From positions 1 through 64,000 of the forward strand of contig QPMI01000640.1 of NCBI GenBank assembly GCA_004431415.1: a DNA stretch of 64,000 nucleotides. Reading direction: 5' to 3'. A model generated the notes under the pieces. It was not told where the DNA came from and made no database searches. It was given only the letters and a program-made list of their open reading frames with translations. Positions 21,100 to 33,703 of this stretch are shown in pieces (the first letter of the stretch is position 1; every line of letters begins with the position of its first letter). The translations under genes and the position numbers were made by a program. Origin of the DNA: Cyanophora paradoxa CCMP329 (lineage: Eukaryota; Plantae; Glaucophyta).

Positions 21100-24000
21100 A
21101 TGGAGGCGTCACCCTCTCCTGGCTTAGAAGCAGCAGGTGCGCCGCTCGCCGTCGTTCCCCGCTCGTCCCTCGTTCGTCCAAAGCACCGTTCCCCCAACCG
21201 GAGCCACGATTACCGCAGCTGATACCAGCTATCGGATGCTCTTTAATCGGCAATTTATATCAGCCCGCCTGTGCTGCGCTGCCCTCCGCGTGGCTGACGA
21301 TGCGCCTGCAGCCCCGCAGCTATCGCCAATCGAGGCGCAGGCAGTCCTCTCCTCGGACACCTCTTTCGCGCTTTCGGACCCCGTCCTCGGGCTTTCTCTC
21401 TCGCAACAACAAGAGCAGCAGCAAGCGCAGCCGACAACGACTCTGGAAGTTGTGGACCCGGCGGCTCTGCAGGGCGAATTCCTCGTCCCGTTCACCGGTG
21501 CCCCAGCCGGCGAGCTCGCGACCGCCGCGAGCAGCAGCAGCAACAGCGCGGGGGCGGCGCGGGGCGAGTCGCGGCCGAAGCGGCTGATCTGCGGCCAGGA
21601 GGTCGGCATCAAGGTCAACGGCAACACCGAGAAGGAGGTCGTCGACGCCATCAAGACCCTCATCGCGGAGTGCGCGAGCGCGCGCCGGCTCCGGATCGTC
21701 CCGTGCCGTCCCTCATGCGCCCCGCAGGTTCCGGCACAAGCAGCGGCAGGCCCTGCGCCAGGGCGACCCGCAGGTCGCCGGCGCCCGCCCCGTCGGAGGC
21801 GCCCGGCGCTCACTGCGCGCTGCGGCAGGTGGCGCGGAGGGTGCAGCGCTTTGACAACGGGATCGAGGCGCTGGACAGCAGCATCGTGCACATCTTCAAG
21901 AACCGGCAAGTCCGCATCAACGTGAGCCCCGGGGCGCGGCGCGGCGGGGCGCCGGCGGGGGCCGAGGGGGCGGGCCGGGCGCGGCGCAGGTGAGGAACTA
22001 CTCGCAGCGGACGGTGGAGGGGGAGCTGTGCACCATCGACTACTTCGTGGACGACGCGTACCTCCTCGGCGACATCGAGTTCGGTGCGCCCGCCCAGCCG
22101 CCCCCGGCCCCCTCTCCTCCCCCCGACGCCGCGCCTCCCCCGCAGGGAGCCCCGAGCTGGGCTCGTGCTACGCGTCCAAGTGCGGGCCGTGCCAGTCGGT
22201 GTGCTCGCCGACGGGGAAGGCGATGCGGCTGCGGCTGCAGCCCGGCGAGTCCTGGACGGGTATGGTCTTCATCAACACCCCCAGCTCCCCCTCGGGCGTC
22301 TTCTTCAAGCTCTACGCCGTCGGCTTCATCGAGGGCGAGCGCATCCAGCCGCACGGCAGCGTCCCCTACGCCGCCGGCGTCTCCCAGGAGCCCCTCTTCA
22401 TCTCCTCCAAGATCACCCGCGGCATCAAGAAGCGCCGTCCGCCCCCGCCCCGCCCCCCGGGCCCCCGCGCGGGTTCACGCTCCGCAGGGCGCGAGCTCGA
22501 GCAGGGGGCCCCGGGGGGCAGCCAGGCCTCGGCCGGCTCGCAGTCGCAGTCGCAGGACCTCGACGACCCCGACTACGGTCCCCCCGCCCCGCCCCGCCCC
22601 GCCCCGGCCCCCCGGCCCCCCCGACGATGGCGGCGCAGAGGGGGACGAGAACCTCAGCTGGATCCGCGAGGCCCCGGCGCGCCGACGGGCCCGCAACCAG
22701 GCCAACGCGGCGGCCCTCGCGGGGGCCCTCCCCGCGCCGCCCTCGCAGGAGCAGAGCGGCGAACTCGCCGCCTCCGGCACCCAGGGCGACGACCCGGTGC
22801 GCCTGCTCCCGCCCGCCTCCTCCCCGCGCCGCCGCTGACGGCGCGGGGCAGGGCGGGGGATCGGGGATGCCGCCGCCGCCGTCGCCGGGCCCGTCGTCGC
22901 AGGCGTCGGTGGTGGAGCGCTCGCAGTCGTCGCGGGGCGGGCGCGGGGGCGGCGGGGCGGGGGCGCACGCGGGGCGGACGGCGCTGGTGCTGGCGGCGGA
23001 GGCGGACTCGGCGGCGGTGGCGGAGAACTCGCGCGCCGTCATGCGCATGCAGGCGCGGGTGGCGGGGCCGGCGGGGCCCGCCCCCGCGCACCCCTACTTC
23101 CTCAGCCTCGAGTTCTCCCACTTCAGTGCCGAGTGCGGCGGCGTCGGCTCCCTCCAGAAGCCCGAGACCCGCATCCACTCCTGGGCCAACGCGCGCCCCC
23201 GCCCGCCCGCCCCCCGCCTCCACCGCTCCTCGCCCCGCCGAACCCGAACCCCCGCGCAGCCGTTCGGAACGGACTTTGCCTTCCGGTACGCCCCCAAGGA
23301 GCCCGGCTGGTACTGCATTCGCGTGCGCGCCCCGCCCTCCCCGCCCTCCCCGTGCTGGGGCGTGGCCGAGGCGGGCCGCAGGGCTCGCTCTTTGCCGCGC
23401 TGGACGGGTCGCCCTCGATCGCCTCGAGCACCCTCTGGCTCCCCTTCCTCCCCAGCGGCTGCCCGGAGAACCGGCGCGCCAAGGAGATCCTCCGCGCCTA
23501 CGAGATCGACCAGCACGCCGCCGCCTGCCGTCCGCCCCGCCCCTCCCCGCCCGCCCCGCGCGGGGGCCGACGTTGGGGCGCGGGGGCAGTGGCGATGCAG
23601 CTGGGGGAGGGGGCGGGGCGGGGCTCGGCCAAGGGCGGCTCGTCGGGCGGCTCGCAGCTCTCGCGCGCCTCGAGCTCGGCCTCCTCGGGGGCCGGCCGCA
23701 AGCGCCCCGCGGGGGCCGGCGCCGGCAAGGGCGACTCGAGCGGGAGCGCCCTCTTCGACCAGCCCCCGATCGTCTCCGGCCGCCGCGTCCGCCGCAAGAG
23801 CGGTCCGCCGCCCTCCCCCGCCCCGCCCCGCCCCGCCGCGCTCACCGCCGCGGCAGCGAAACTCGCCGAGGCGGAGGCGATGGAGGAGGGGGACGGCGAC
23901 GACGGTGCGCCGGCTGCCGCCCAAGCCGGGGCGGGGCTGACGCGGAGGGGTGCGGCAGTGCCGATGACCCAGGTGGGGGCGGCGCGGCGGGGCCCCGGCG

Positions 24001-24537
24001 GCAAGGGCGGCTCGCAGGGGAGTCCGGGAGGGGGAGTGCGGGGAGTCCGGGGAGTCTGGGGCGGAGACGGAGGGGAGGTGGAGGAGCTCGTGGACCCCGG
24101 CCCGAGGCCCCCGCCCCACCCGCCGCCAGCCCGCCGCCGCGCCGCCCGCCCCGCCCCGCCCCCGCCCCGCCCCCGCCCCCGCCCCGCCAGCGACGGCGAG
24201 GAGGGGAGGGGGAGGGGAGGAAGCGGCGCGGGACCTCGGGGAGGGCGAGGAGGACGGGGAGGGGCCGCTGCTGGGCGCGGGGCCCGCCGGCGGGGTGCGC
24301 GTCAAGCGCGAGGAGGGGGCGGAGGAGGGCGAGGGCGGCGCCCGCGGCGCCCCCTCCGCCTCCGCCCTCGACCCCGACGGCGCCCTCCTCCCCGTCGCCG
24401 CCTCCCCGGGCGGCGGGCGCACCACAGGTGCCGCCCCCCGCGCCCTGGGCCGCGCCCCGCGCGAGTGCTGAGGCGGGGGCGCAGTGGCGAAGGGGGCGGA
24501 TGCGCTGCTCGCCATCGCGCGCCTGCACAGCCAATAG
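21100..24537 (+). CDS. Putative nuclear protein / Ig-fold (p53-like or CudA-like) DNA-binding transcription factor
   Basis: ATG 21100. Q/S-rich N-terminus; beta-rich domain HIFKNRQVRIN|VRNYS...CYASKCGPC...MVFINTPSS..FFKLYAVG..SQEPLFISSKITRGIKKR; second beta-rich domain; low-complexity tail ending DALLAIARLHSQ* (TAG 24535-24537). The gene is clear; its function is inferred. Confidence 0.55.
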
Positions 24538-25429
24538 CGCCCCGCCACGAGGCCGCCTCCACCGCCCACCCCGCCCCGCCGGCCCCCTCCCCGCCCGACC
24601 CCCCTCCCATCTGCCCCCGCTTTAGGCACGCACCGCATTGCAGCAGATCCGCAGTCGTAGGCCTAGGTTTTTGAGGCTCTCGGCAGCTTAGTGTTCTCGT
24701 AACGACCGTCTCGCTGCCCTCGTAGTGGCTGCCTTCGTAGTGTTTTCCTAGCCCAGAAGCAGCATAGCCCCATAGTTCAACGGTTCTGCAACTTGTGGCA
24801 ATAGAGCCGATACGTATACGCCCTGATCATGAGCACCGCGACATGATCAATCCAGCAGCCTTCGATCATCGGATTGCGATCGAGCACTAGTACCGTAGTA
24901 CTGCGGCACGCGCCCCGGGGGGTCATCCGGATCCACCCGACCATTTATATTGGACTCGCGATCGCATCGGGACCGTCGGACCACTCAGTGTGTGTGACTA
25001 ATGACAATAACTTAGAAACTTGAAACAATGTGATATTCCTGCTGTCCGGACTCTGAGATCTGGCAGCGGCTGCCGCGTGCCCACGCAGCCGCGCTGGACT
25101 CCGGGACCGTCGGACTGGTCACAAAGTCAGGACCTAAAGAAGCGCTAGCCTAGTAGCGCTAAGCTTTCACGATCAAAACCTGCTCTAACTATAACCGTCA
25201 ACTAGTTCTGTACGTCTGACCTCATTGCACTGAACTGGACTTCTAGCACGCATCGGTCAGCTGCAGCTGGCTAGCTGCAGCTGCAGGGCCGTCGAAAATA
25301 ACATGCTTACTGCACGGGCAATACTCAAAAAAAAGCTTATACGTCGCTAAACTTAATACGTCGAAAAAGTTATACTTAATGCTCAGCGGCTGCAGATCTA
25401 GAGGAGCTGCAGCCTGCCTCGGCGGCAAG

Positions 25430-26801
25430 TCAATGGGAGGCGGAGAGGAGGGCAGCCGCGGGCTCGGGGAGGGGCTTCTCGGGGCCCCTCGCCTCGCCCT
25501 CCTCCGGGCCGGCGGCGCTGGGCGGCTCGTCGGGAAGCGCCCCGGGGATGGGCGCCTCCGCCGCCGCCGCCTTGGGCGCCTCGGGGGAGTCCGCCTCGGG
25601 CCCCTCCAGCGCCGCCGCGTCCGGCGCCGCAAGGAGGGCACCCCGCAGCACGACGACGGGCGCCGGCGGCGGGGCGGGGGGCGCGTGGGCGGGATCGGGG
25701 TGGGCGGGGCGGGGGCCGGGGGACGGGGAGCGGGGCCGGGAGGGGAGCGGGGCGCCGGGCCCGTGGACGTGGAGCTCGTCGCTCGTGAAGAGGCGCCGGC
25801 AGACCGAGCAGGTCAGGCGCTCGGCGCCCACCGAGTGGCCCACCAGCCGCCGCATGCACTCCACGCACACCTCGTGCCTGCCCCGCCCCGCCCCGCACGT
25901 CACCGGCCCGCCCCGGTCGCGGGGCCGGGGCGCGGGGGGCCTCACCCGCAGGGGATGACGATGGGGGGCAGCTCGCGGGAGAAGCTCTCGAGGCAGATGG
26001 GGCAGTCTGCCTCGTCGCCCTCGCGCTCCGCGGCGCTGCAGTAGCAGACGCCCCACGCCTCGCCCTTCATCGCCAGCTCGATGACCGCCTCGCAGACCGG
26101 GTCGAGGCGTGCGCCGCGCGCCCCGAACGGCAGCGGGTGCACCGCCATCTGCAGGCCCTGCCTCGATCGCGATGGCGGACGAGACCGGTCAGCGCTCCGG
26201 TACCCGTCTTCCTCAGGTCGAGGACTGGCAAGATCTCACCGTCATGTACATCCGCATCATGAGCCTCCGCAGGCTGCGCTTCCGCAGGTCGTTGAAGCAG
26301 AGGCCTGCGCGATGCGGCCCGATGAGCGCGAATCAAATTTACATGATGTCTAAGCGCGCATCTCGTTGGGCGCGTTATATGCTTTAATCGCACGGATCTC
26401 GCACCTGCAAAGAAGTAGCAGGCGCCTGCGACGGGAATCGCAAGGATGAGGAGGCAGAGCAGCGCCGGCGAAAAGCTTGCAGTCCTCTCGCTGGGCGCTG
26501 CAGCCACCGCGGTAGCCGTGGCGTTTACGGCTCCAGAGGTGAGCGAAGCACTCCCCGCCTTGCCGCCTTGAAGATCCGACAGCGCGGAGCCGCGTTGACT
26601 CGAGTTCAATACGATCAGCACAACTGCTGCATATGTGAACGCGCATCCAGAAATCCTATTATCGAATGACATGCGTCGCTGGCTGCTCGCTGGGGTCGGC
26701 ATCGCCCGCTTCCGCGCTGCTTGCGATTGCCCCGCAGGATCTTGCGCTCCGGATCCGCGGCGGGGTGCCAGGGAAACGGGGCTGGGTCGACCGGACTCCA
26801 T
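25430..26801 (-). CDS. Membrane-anchored RING-HC (C3HC4) E3 ligase
   Basis: Hydrophobic segments AFTYAAVVLIVL and ALLCLLILAIPVAGACYFFA. Spliced RING CPICLESFSRELPPIVIPCG|HEVCVECMRRLVGHSVGAERLTCSVCR. Start may be 26672. Confidence 0.8.
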
Positions 26802-27090
26802 AATTGAACGCTGTGGCTGCAGCTTCGCTCTGCCTCAGAGGGATGCGGCCGAATTCGAGAGCACTACCGCTGTGCCGCCAATGCTGCCACTGCGACGGCA
26901 ACCGCAAAACGAGGTGCGCTGTCGATCGCTGTTGGGTGGTGCTGCTCGCTCAACCGCGCCTCGGAGGCTCCGACCGGAAAGGTCGCATCCACCGCGGGGG
27001 GAGAAGCTCGGGGGGGCGTACAGGTCGAATTGAGCCACGGGTACGAGGACAACAAGCCTGGCGTCAGCGCCCCGGCCCCACGCGCGCCAC

Positions 27091-28880
27091 ATGGACGCAG
27101 AGTGCATGGACGCGCTGCCGGATGATATACTCGCCGAATTCTTCTCCCACATTTCCTTCGTGGAGCAAGCAAGCGCTTCACGAGTCTGCAAGCGCTGGCG
27201 AGCGCTTCTCCAGTCGCCGGCGCACCGCGGCGTTGTAGTCAAGCGGATCGACCTCGAGCACCATATGCATCCCGGACTGGAGCACGTCGCGCTCGCGTGC
27301 GCCAAACGCCCGGCGCCGGGCCGCCTCGCTGATCATCGGGCTCGCGCAGCGTGGTGCCCAGCGCTAGCGGTCTGCGGGAGCTGGCTCTGTCCGTCGAGTT
27401 CGACTGCGGTGCCGTGCTCGACCTCGCAGCGAAGTACTGTCCGCTCCTTGAGACCATTGCCGTGGCGGGGCGCACAGTGAAAGGCGCGCCGGCGCCGGCT
27501 CAGAGCGCTGTTTGAACTCCGCGCCCTGAGGCGGCTGCAGACAGGAGCCTGGCGCGGCAGCTGGCCAGCTGGCCGCGCCTGCGGTCCCTCTCCGTGCACC
27601 CGGCGCCGGCGGTCGGCGACGAATCGCTCATCGCCCTCGCCCGCCACTGCACCGTGCACCCGCCCGCCCCTCCGCCCCGCGGCGGCGCTGGAGCCGGTGC
27701 GGGCGCATGCGCAGAGGCTGGAGGCGCTGTGCATCTCGTACACGGGGAACGTGACGGACGCCGGGGTGGAGGCGGCGGCGCGGGGCCTGCCGCGCCTGCG
27801 CCGCGTGCGGCTGAAGCTCTGCGGGGGCGTGGGCGGGGCGGCGCTGGAGGCGCTGGCCCGCCACTGCCCCCTCGCCGCCGTCGACTGGAACTATTCCGGC
27901 GTCGGCCTTTCCGACGCCGCCCTGCGCGCGCTCCAGGCGCCCCCCTCCCCGCCCCGCCCCGCGGTGCCGGGGGCCGATGCGGGCGCAGGGGTGCGTGCAG
28001 CTGGAGACGCTGCGGGTGCTGGGGTCGCCGGAGGTGACGGAGGGGGCGCTGGCGGGGCTCGCCGCCGCGTGCCCTCGCCTCGCCCGCCTCAAGCTCTACG
28101 AGATGCCCCTCCTCGCCGACTTCGGCCCGCCCCGCCCGCCCCGCCCCGCGCCCCCGCGCGCCGCTGACGCCCGCGGCGCAGGGCTCTCGCTGCTGGCGAC
28201 GGCGCTGGGGCCGGGCTGCGGGAGGTGCGCCTGGAGGGGGTGGCGGCGGGGACGCAGCGCTGCTGGCCCTCGCCCGCCACGCCCCGGGCCTCTCCGCCCT
28301 CGGCCTGCGCCGCCTCCCCGCCACCGACGTCGGCGCATGTGCCCTCGCTTCCGGCTGCCCCCGCCTCGAGCGGCTCGACCTCGGGCACCTCCCCGGCGTC
28401 ACCGCCGCCGCCCTCGCCGCCTTCGCCCGCCACGCCCGCGGCGCCCTGGCCGACCTCCGCCTCGCCGCCTGCGGCCCGGGCGCCGCCGCCGCCGCCGCGC
28501 CCCTCCTCCGCCGCTCCCCCCGCCTCGCCCGCCTCCGCATCCTCGACGCCCCCGATCTCGCCTCCGCCGACGCCGAGGCGCTCGCTGCGGCGCTGGCGGC
28601 GGGGCCGGCGCCGGTGCGGGAGCTGAGCCTCGCCGGCTGCACGGGGTGGAGGAGGCGGGAGCCGTCGAGGCGCTCGCGGCCGCCTGCGCCGGCAGCCTCG
28701 CCTCGCTCGACCTCACGCGCGTGCCCGCCGCCACGACGCGGCAGCGGCCGCCGCCGCCCGCCTCTGCCCCCGCCTTTGCTTGCTGGCTTTGCGGGGCACG
28801 CGCGCCACCCCGCCGGGCGCCGCCGCCCTCAAGGCCGCCTACCCGCGCCTCCTCGTCGCCCGCTCCTCCGCGCCCTCTGA
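27091..28880 (+). CDS. F-box/LRR-repeat protein
   Basis: F-box LPDDILAEFFSHISFVEQASASRVCKRWRAL. Cys-containing LRRs LEALCISYTGNVTDAGVEAAARGLPRLRRVRLKLCGGVG and LETLRVLGSPEVTEGALAGLAAACPRL. Confidence 0.85.
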
Positions 28881-29048
28881 CCCCGCCCTCTCAAAGCGCC
28901 TTGCTTAGCCTTCTTAGCTTGTTTCGAAAAAGCACTACGGCAGCCGCGACTAGAAGGGCGGGACGGCCCGGACGCACACAGACTAACACTAGCGCCCGGA
29001 ACGAGCGCGCGAGACTAGGACTACGCGCGATACTAACGACCAGGGCAA

Positions 29049-30746
29049 CTACAGGCGAGAGGGGCGGTCAGTAGCGGCGGGGGGCGGGGGTCGGGGGGCG
29101 GGGCCGGCGGCCGGGGCGGCGGGGGCGCTGCCGGAGGGGGCGAGGCTGCGGCGGGAGGCGCGGGAGGAGCCCTCGCTGGCGGGCCCGCGGCGCCCCGCCC
29201 GGGCCGCGTCGTTGGCCCGGAGCGGGGAGCGGGGGTACGGGTCGTCGTCGGCGCTGGAGTCCTCCTCGGGGACGGGCCGCAGGTTGGCCCCCTGCAGCTC
29301 GCGCCGGATCGCCTCCACCGCCGCCTGGTCCGCCCGGTGCTTCGCCGCCAGCCGCTCCAGCTCCCCCTCCTCCTCCTCCTCCTCCCCGTACCCCTCCTCC
29401 GCCTCCCCCTCCTCCGCCCGCGCCCGCTGCTTCGGCTTCGGCACCTGCGAGGCGTACTCCAGCGCCTGCGCCGCCTCAGCGCACGCCCCCCGCCCCCGCC
29501 GCCCCCCCCGCCGCGCCGCGCACCCGGTCGCGGCCGCTGGGGGGCTTGGGGGGCTGCCAGCCCGGCGGCGGGGGCCTGCGCTTCGGGGCTCCTTGACGAG
29601 GCTGGCGGGGGGCGGCGGGGTGAGGGGCCGGGGGCGGGACGGGCGGGGCGGGCGGGGGGCGCGCCGCTCCATGTTCGCCTTGTTCATCACCTCCGCGTAG
29701 TCCTTCATCCGCTCCCGCGCCTCCCGCTGGCCCCGCAGCTCGCACCGCGCGGCGCGGGCGGGCGGGGCGGGCGGGGGCACCTTGGCGATGCGCTCCTCGT
29801 CGGGGGGCTCGGGCCCGAGGCTCCCCATGGCGAGCGGCGCCTGCTTGAGCGCCTCGTACTCCTTCAGCGTGTACGGCTTGTACGCCACCTCGCGCGGCTT
29901 CCGGCTGAACGCCAGCTTCTCCTCCGGCGTCGCGTACTCCGGCTCCGGCGGCGGCGGCGGCGGCCCCGGCGGCTCCTTCCCCTGCCGCCGCTGCTTCACC
30001 GCGTGCTGCCGCGCGTAGCCCCCCGCCCCCGCCACCGCCTTCTTCGCCACCGGCACGCCGCCCCACTGCTGCCCGTAGCCGTAGCCCGGCGAGGGCGCCG
30101 GCGGCCCCGCGTCGGCGTAGCCGTAGTAGGCGTCGTAGGCGCCCGGCTGGTGCGGCGGCGGCTGCGGCGGCGGCTGGTACGCGTAGTACGAGGCCGCCGC
30201 GGGGTAGGAGAAGGCCTCCGCCTCGTAGTAGCCGGCTTCGCCCCCGTACGCCGCGGGCGCCTGCCTCGCCGCCGCACCCGACGCCGCGTGGCCGTAGCCG
30301 TAGCCCGCCTGGGCCGCACGCCGCGTCATGACGCAGGGCGGCGCGGCGCGGGGGCGACGGCGCACCTGCTCCCCGTACTGCGCCCCGTCATCGGGCTGCG
30401 GAGATCCTCGCGGGCGGACTGGAGCTCTGATCGGGAGAGCGCAGGCGGTCTCAGCGGGCGCCAAGGTTTGCATCTGGGAGGGCTGGAAGGGTGCAAGGGG
30501 TCTCACCGCTTGGAGGCGGCCCCGTTGGATGCGGCGCTGATGAGCGTGCCCTCGGAAGCGGGCTGGCCCGGCTTCGCTATCGTACCATCCCTATGCACTA
30601 CACTGATCTTGTCTCCAAACTGCGCGTGGGTGCGTCAGCGAGGAGGTCCGCAGACTCGCCGGCGGCAAGGCGGAAGGCCAGGGAAGTCGTCCAGCAGGCT
30701 TAGCTTGGTGCAGCAGGCGCACCCTCTGCAGGAAGTTGCTCGCCAT
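29049..30746 (-). CDS. JHY: JHY-like (C11orf63) ciliary/axonemal protein
   Basis: C-terminal motifs YKPYTLKEYEALKQAPLAMGSLGP, RERMKDYAEVMNKAN, ALEYASQVPKPK and ELERLAAKHRADQAAVEAIRREL match the JHY-domain pattern as I recall it. ATG 30746. Confidence 0.68.
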
Positions 30747-30898
30747 TCGGCCACCTTCTTTTTTTGCTGCCGGGGGTAGGGCCACAAAGCTGTCGCAGCA
30801 GCTCCTCAGCTTCGAATCACCTCGTAGGGCAGCGTAGAAGCGTCACGGACGTACGCTTGACTTCCAGCCGAGCATAGAGGGTCTCATCCTCGGCCGGC

Positions 30899-33574
30899 AT
30901 GGGCCGCGACCGCGACGAAGAAGAGCGCCGCAGGCGCAAGGAGGAGAAGCGTGCGAAGAAAGAGAAGGAGAAGTGCGCACCGCCCCCGCCGTCAGCTGTA
31001 CACCGCCTCGCTAAACCACGACAGGAAGCGGAGCAAGCTTGATGAGACGCCGGAGGAGCGGCGTGCACGGCGCCTCGCGAAGAAGCAGAAGAAGGTGCGC
31101 GCTCGCCCCGCGCCGCCAGTAACATTGGCGAATGTGTGTACGCAGGAGGCGAAGCGGGCGGAGAAGGAGCGGTCCAGCAAGAAGGAGGACAAGTCCTTCT
31201 TCGGATACACGAACGATAACAACCCGTTCGGCGACTCGAACCTCAAGGAGCAGTTCGTGTGGAAAAAGAAGAACGAGAAGCTGGTTGAGCTGGGCGTCGA
31301 CCCCCAAGCCCTGTCGAAGGAGCGCGAACGCCTTCGACGCGAGGAGCTTCGCGTGAGCGCATTCGCTGCAGCAGAATGGTTTCGGCTCGGGCTGACAGTG
31401 CCTGGCAGCGGGAGATTGACAAGGTCAAGAAGCGGCGTGAGGAGCGCGAGGAGGAGAAGATGCGGTGGGAGGAGGAGCGGGTGCGCGTTAGCTACTCCTC
31501 GTGCAATCCCTTTTTGCACTAGCGCTGACCGCGCGGCCGGGCAGTCGAGGCTCGCCCGGGAGCGCGAGGGAATGTCCTTCCAGGAGTGGGAGAAGAAGGA
31601 GGACGAGGTGCGGGCGCTCTTTGGCTCCGCTGCGTAAGCGAGGTTCCGAAACGTGCGGTGGGCCGGCGCAGTTCCACCTGAAGCAGGCGATCATCCGGTC
31701 GGAGATCCGCATCAAGGAAGGGCGCGCCAAGCCCATCGACATCATCGCCAAGAACCTGCACCTGGACAAGGTGCGGCAGGCGCCCGAGGCCTGCGGCGCC
31801 GGACCGACGGACGGCGGGGGGGCGTGCGTAGGACTTCGACATCGAGATGAACGAGCCGTACAAGATCTTCAAGGGCCTGCCGGTGGCGGAGATCGAGGAG
31901 CTGAAGGCGGACATCGCCACGCACCTCGAGCTCGACCAGGAGAAGGGCCACCGCGAGTTCTGGAATGTGCGCCGGACCCCGCCGCCGGCCCCGGCCCCGG
32001 CGCCCGCGCGGGGCGCCGGTCGAGGGCGGGGCGGGGGGCAGGCGATGATGGTCGTGTGCGAGGACGAGCTCGAGCAGGCGCGCCGCAGCGAGGAGCTCGA
32101 GCGCCAGGGTGCGCCGCCCCGCACTCTCCCCGCCCGCCAGAGTCGGCGGGGGCTGGGGGGGGGGGGGGGGGCAGGGACGCGGGGGGCGCCGTCGTCGTCG
32201 GGGGTGCACTCGGCGGTGGAGGGGGACATCGAGGGGATCTTCCGGGGCAAGTCGGCGCGGCAGCTGGCGGAGCTCGAGGGCCAGTGCCGCGACGAGATCG
32301 CCATCGGCCGCGGCGTCGACGTCGAGTACTGGGAGAACGTCTTGAAGAAGCTCTCCGTCTTCAAGGCGAAGGCGCTGCTGCGGGAGGTCCACGCCGGCCT
32401 CCTCAAGAAGCGCCTCGCCCAGCTCCAGCAGGAGCAGGCCCGCGCCTCCCGCGGCCGCGACCCCGAGCGCGAGGGGTCCGCCCCCCGCCCCCGCTCGCCG
32501 CCGGGAGCTGAGGGGGCGGGCAGGGGCAAGCGGCGGCGGGAGGACTCTTCCTCCTCCTCCTCCTCGAGCGGGGAGGAGAGCGAGCGGGAGCGCGGCGGGC
32601 GCCGCCGGCAGGCCGCCAGCGAGAGCGAGGGCGAGGGCCGCGCGGCGGCCGGCCCCTCGCGCGGCGGGTGGGAGGAGGAGGAGGAGGAGGAGGACGGCGG
32701 GCGGGGCGGGGCGGGGGCCGGGGGCACGCCGCCGGGGGCTTTCAGCCCGGTGCTGGAGAGCGGGGACGTGGGGGAGGCGGAGGTGGTGGACGAGGCGGAG
32801 GACCGGCGCCAGCTCGAGCAGCAGCGCGAGGCCATCCTCGCCCGCGAGCGGCACGCCCCTGGCCCCACCCCCGCCCCGCCGCGTTGCCAGCCCCCGCCCC
32901 TGACGCGCGGGGCGATGCGCGCGCAGGGAGAAGATGGCGGAGATCGCGGCGGCGGAGGAGGCGGCGCGGGTGTCGGCGGCGGGGCGGGCGGCGATGTCGC
33001 GGACGCGGTTCGTGAACGAGGACGAGCTGTACCGGATCGAGAGCGCGAAGCTGGCGGAGCGGGCGGAGGAGGGCGAGGTCTCCTTCGCGGACGAGGTGGC
33101 CGTGGAGGGGCAGCAGTACCGGTGGGAGGACAAGTACCGGCCCCGCCGCCCCCGCTACTTCAACCGCGTCCACACCGGCTTCGACTGGAACAAGTACAAC
33201 CAGACGCACTACGACCACGACAACCCGCCCCCGAAGATCGTCCAGGGCTACAAGTTCAACGTGCGCCCGCCCCGCGCCCCGGGCCGCCCCGCCGCGCGCT
33301 CCCTGCGCTGCGGGCGCGACGCGGGGCCTGGGCGCAGATCTTCTACCCGGACCTCATCGACAAGGCGAAGTCGCCGCAGTTCTTCATCGAGCCGGACACG
33401 ACGGAGGACACGGTGCTGCTGCGCTTCCACGCGGGGGCCCCCTACGAGGACGTCGCCTTCCGCATCGTCAACAAGGAGTGGGAGTACTCCCACAAGCGCG
33501 GCTTCAAGTGCACCTTCGAGCGCGGCATCTTCCACCTCTACTTCAACTTCAAGCGCTACCGCTACCGCCGCTAG
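30899..33574 (+). CDS. CACTIN: Cactin (spliceosomal)
   Basis: ETPEERRARRLAKK; GYTNDNNPFGDSNLKEQFVWKKK; FHLKQAIIRSEIRIKEGRAKPID; WEDKYRPRRPRYFNRVHTGFDWNKYNQTHYDHDNPPPKIVQGYKFN|IFYPDLIDK...FHLYFNFKRYRYRR*. Confidence 0.96.
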
Positions 33575-33703
33575 CCCCGGCCCCGCCCCCCGCGCCCCGC
33601 CCCTCCCCGCTTGCCCCCGTCGGCCCCGCGATGTGCGTTGCACGGCGTTCGATTGGAAACAATGCTGCTGGGGAAGGGCGCGGGGCGCGGGGGGCGGGGC
33701 GGG

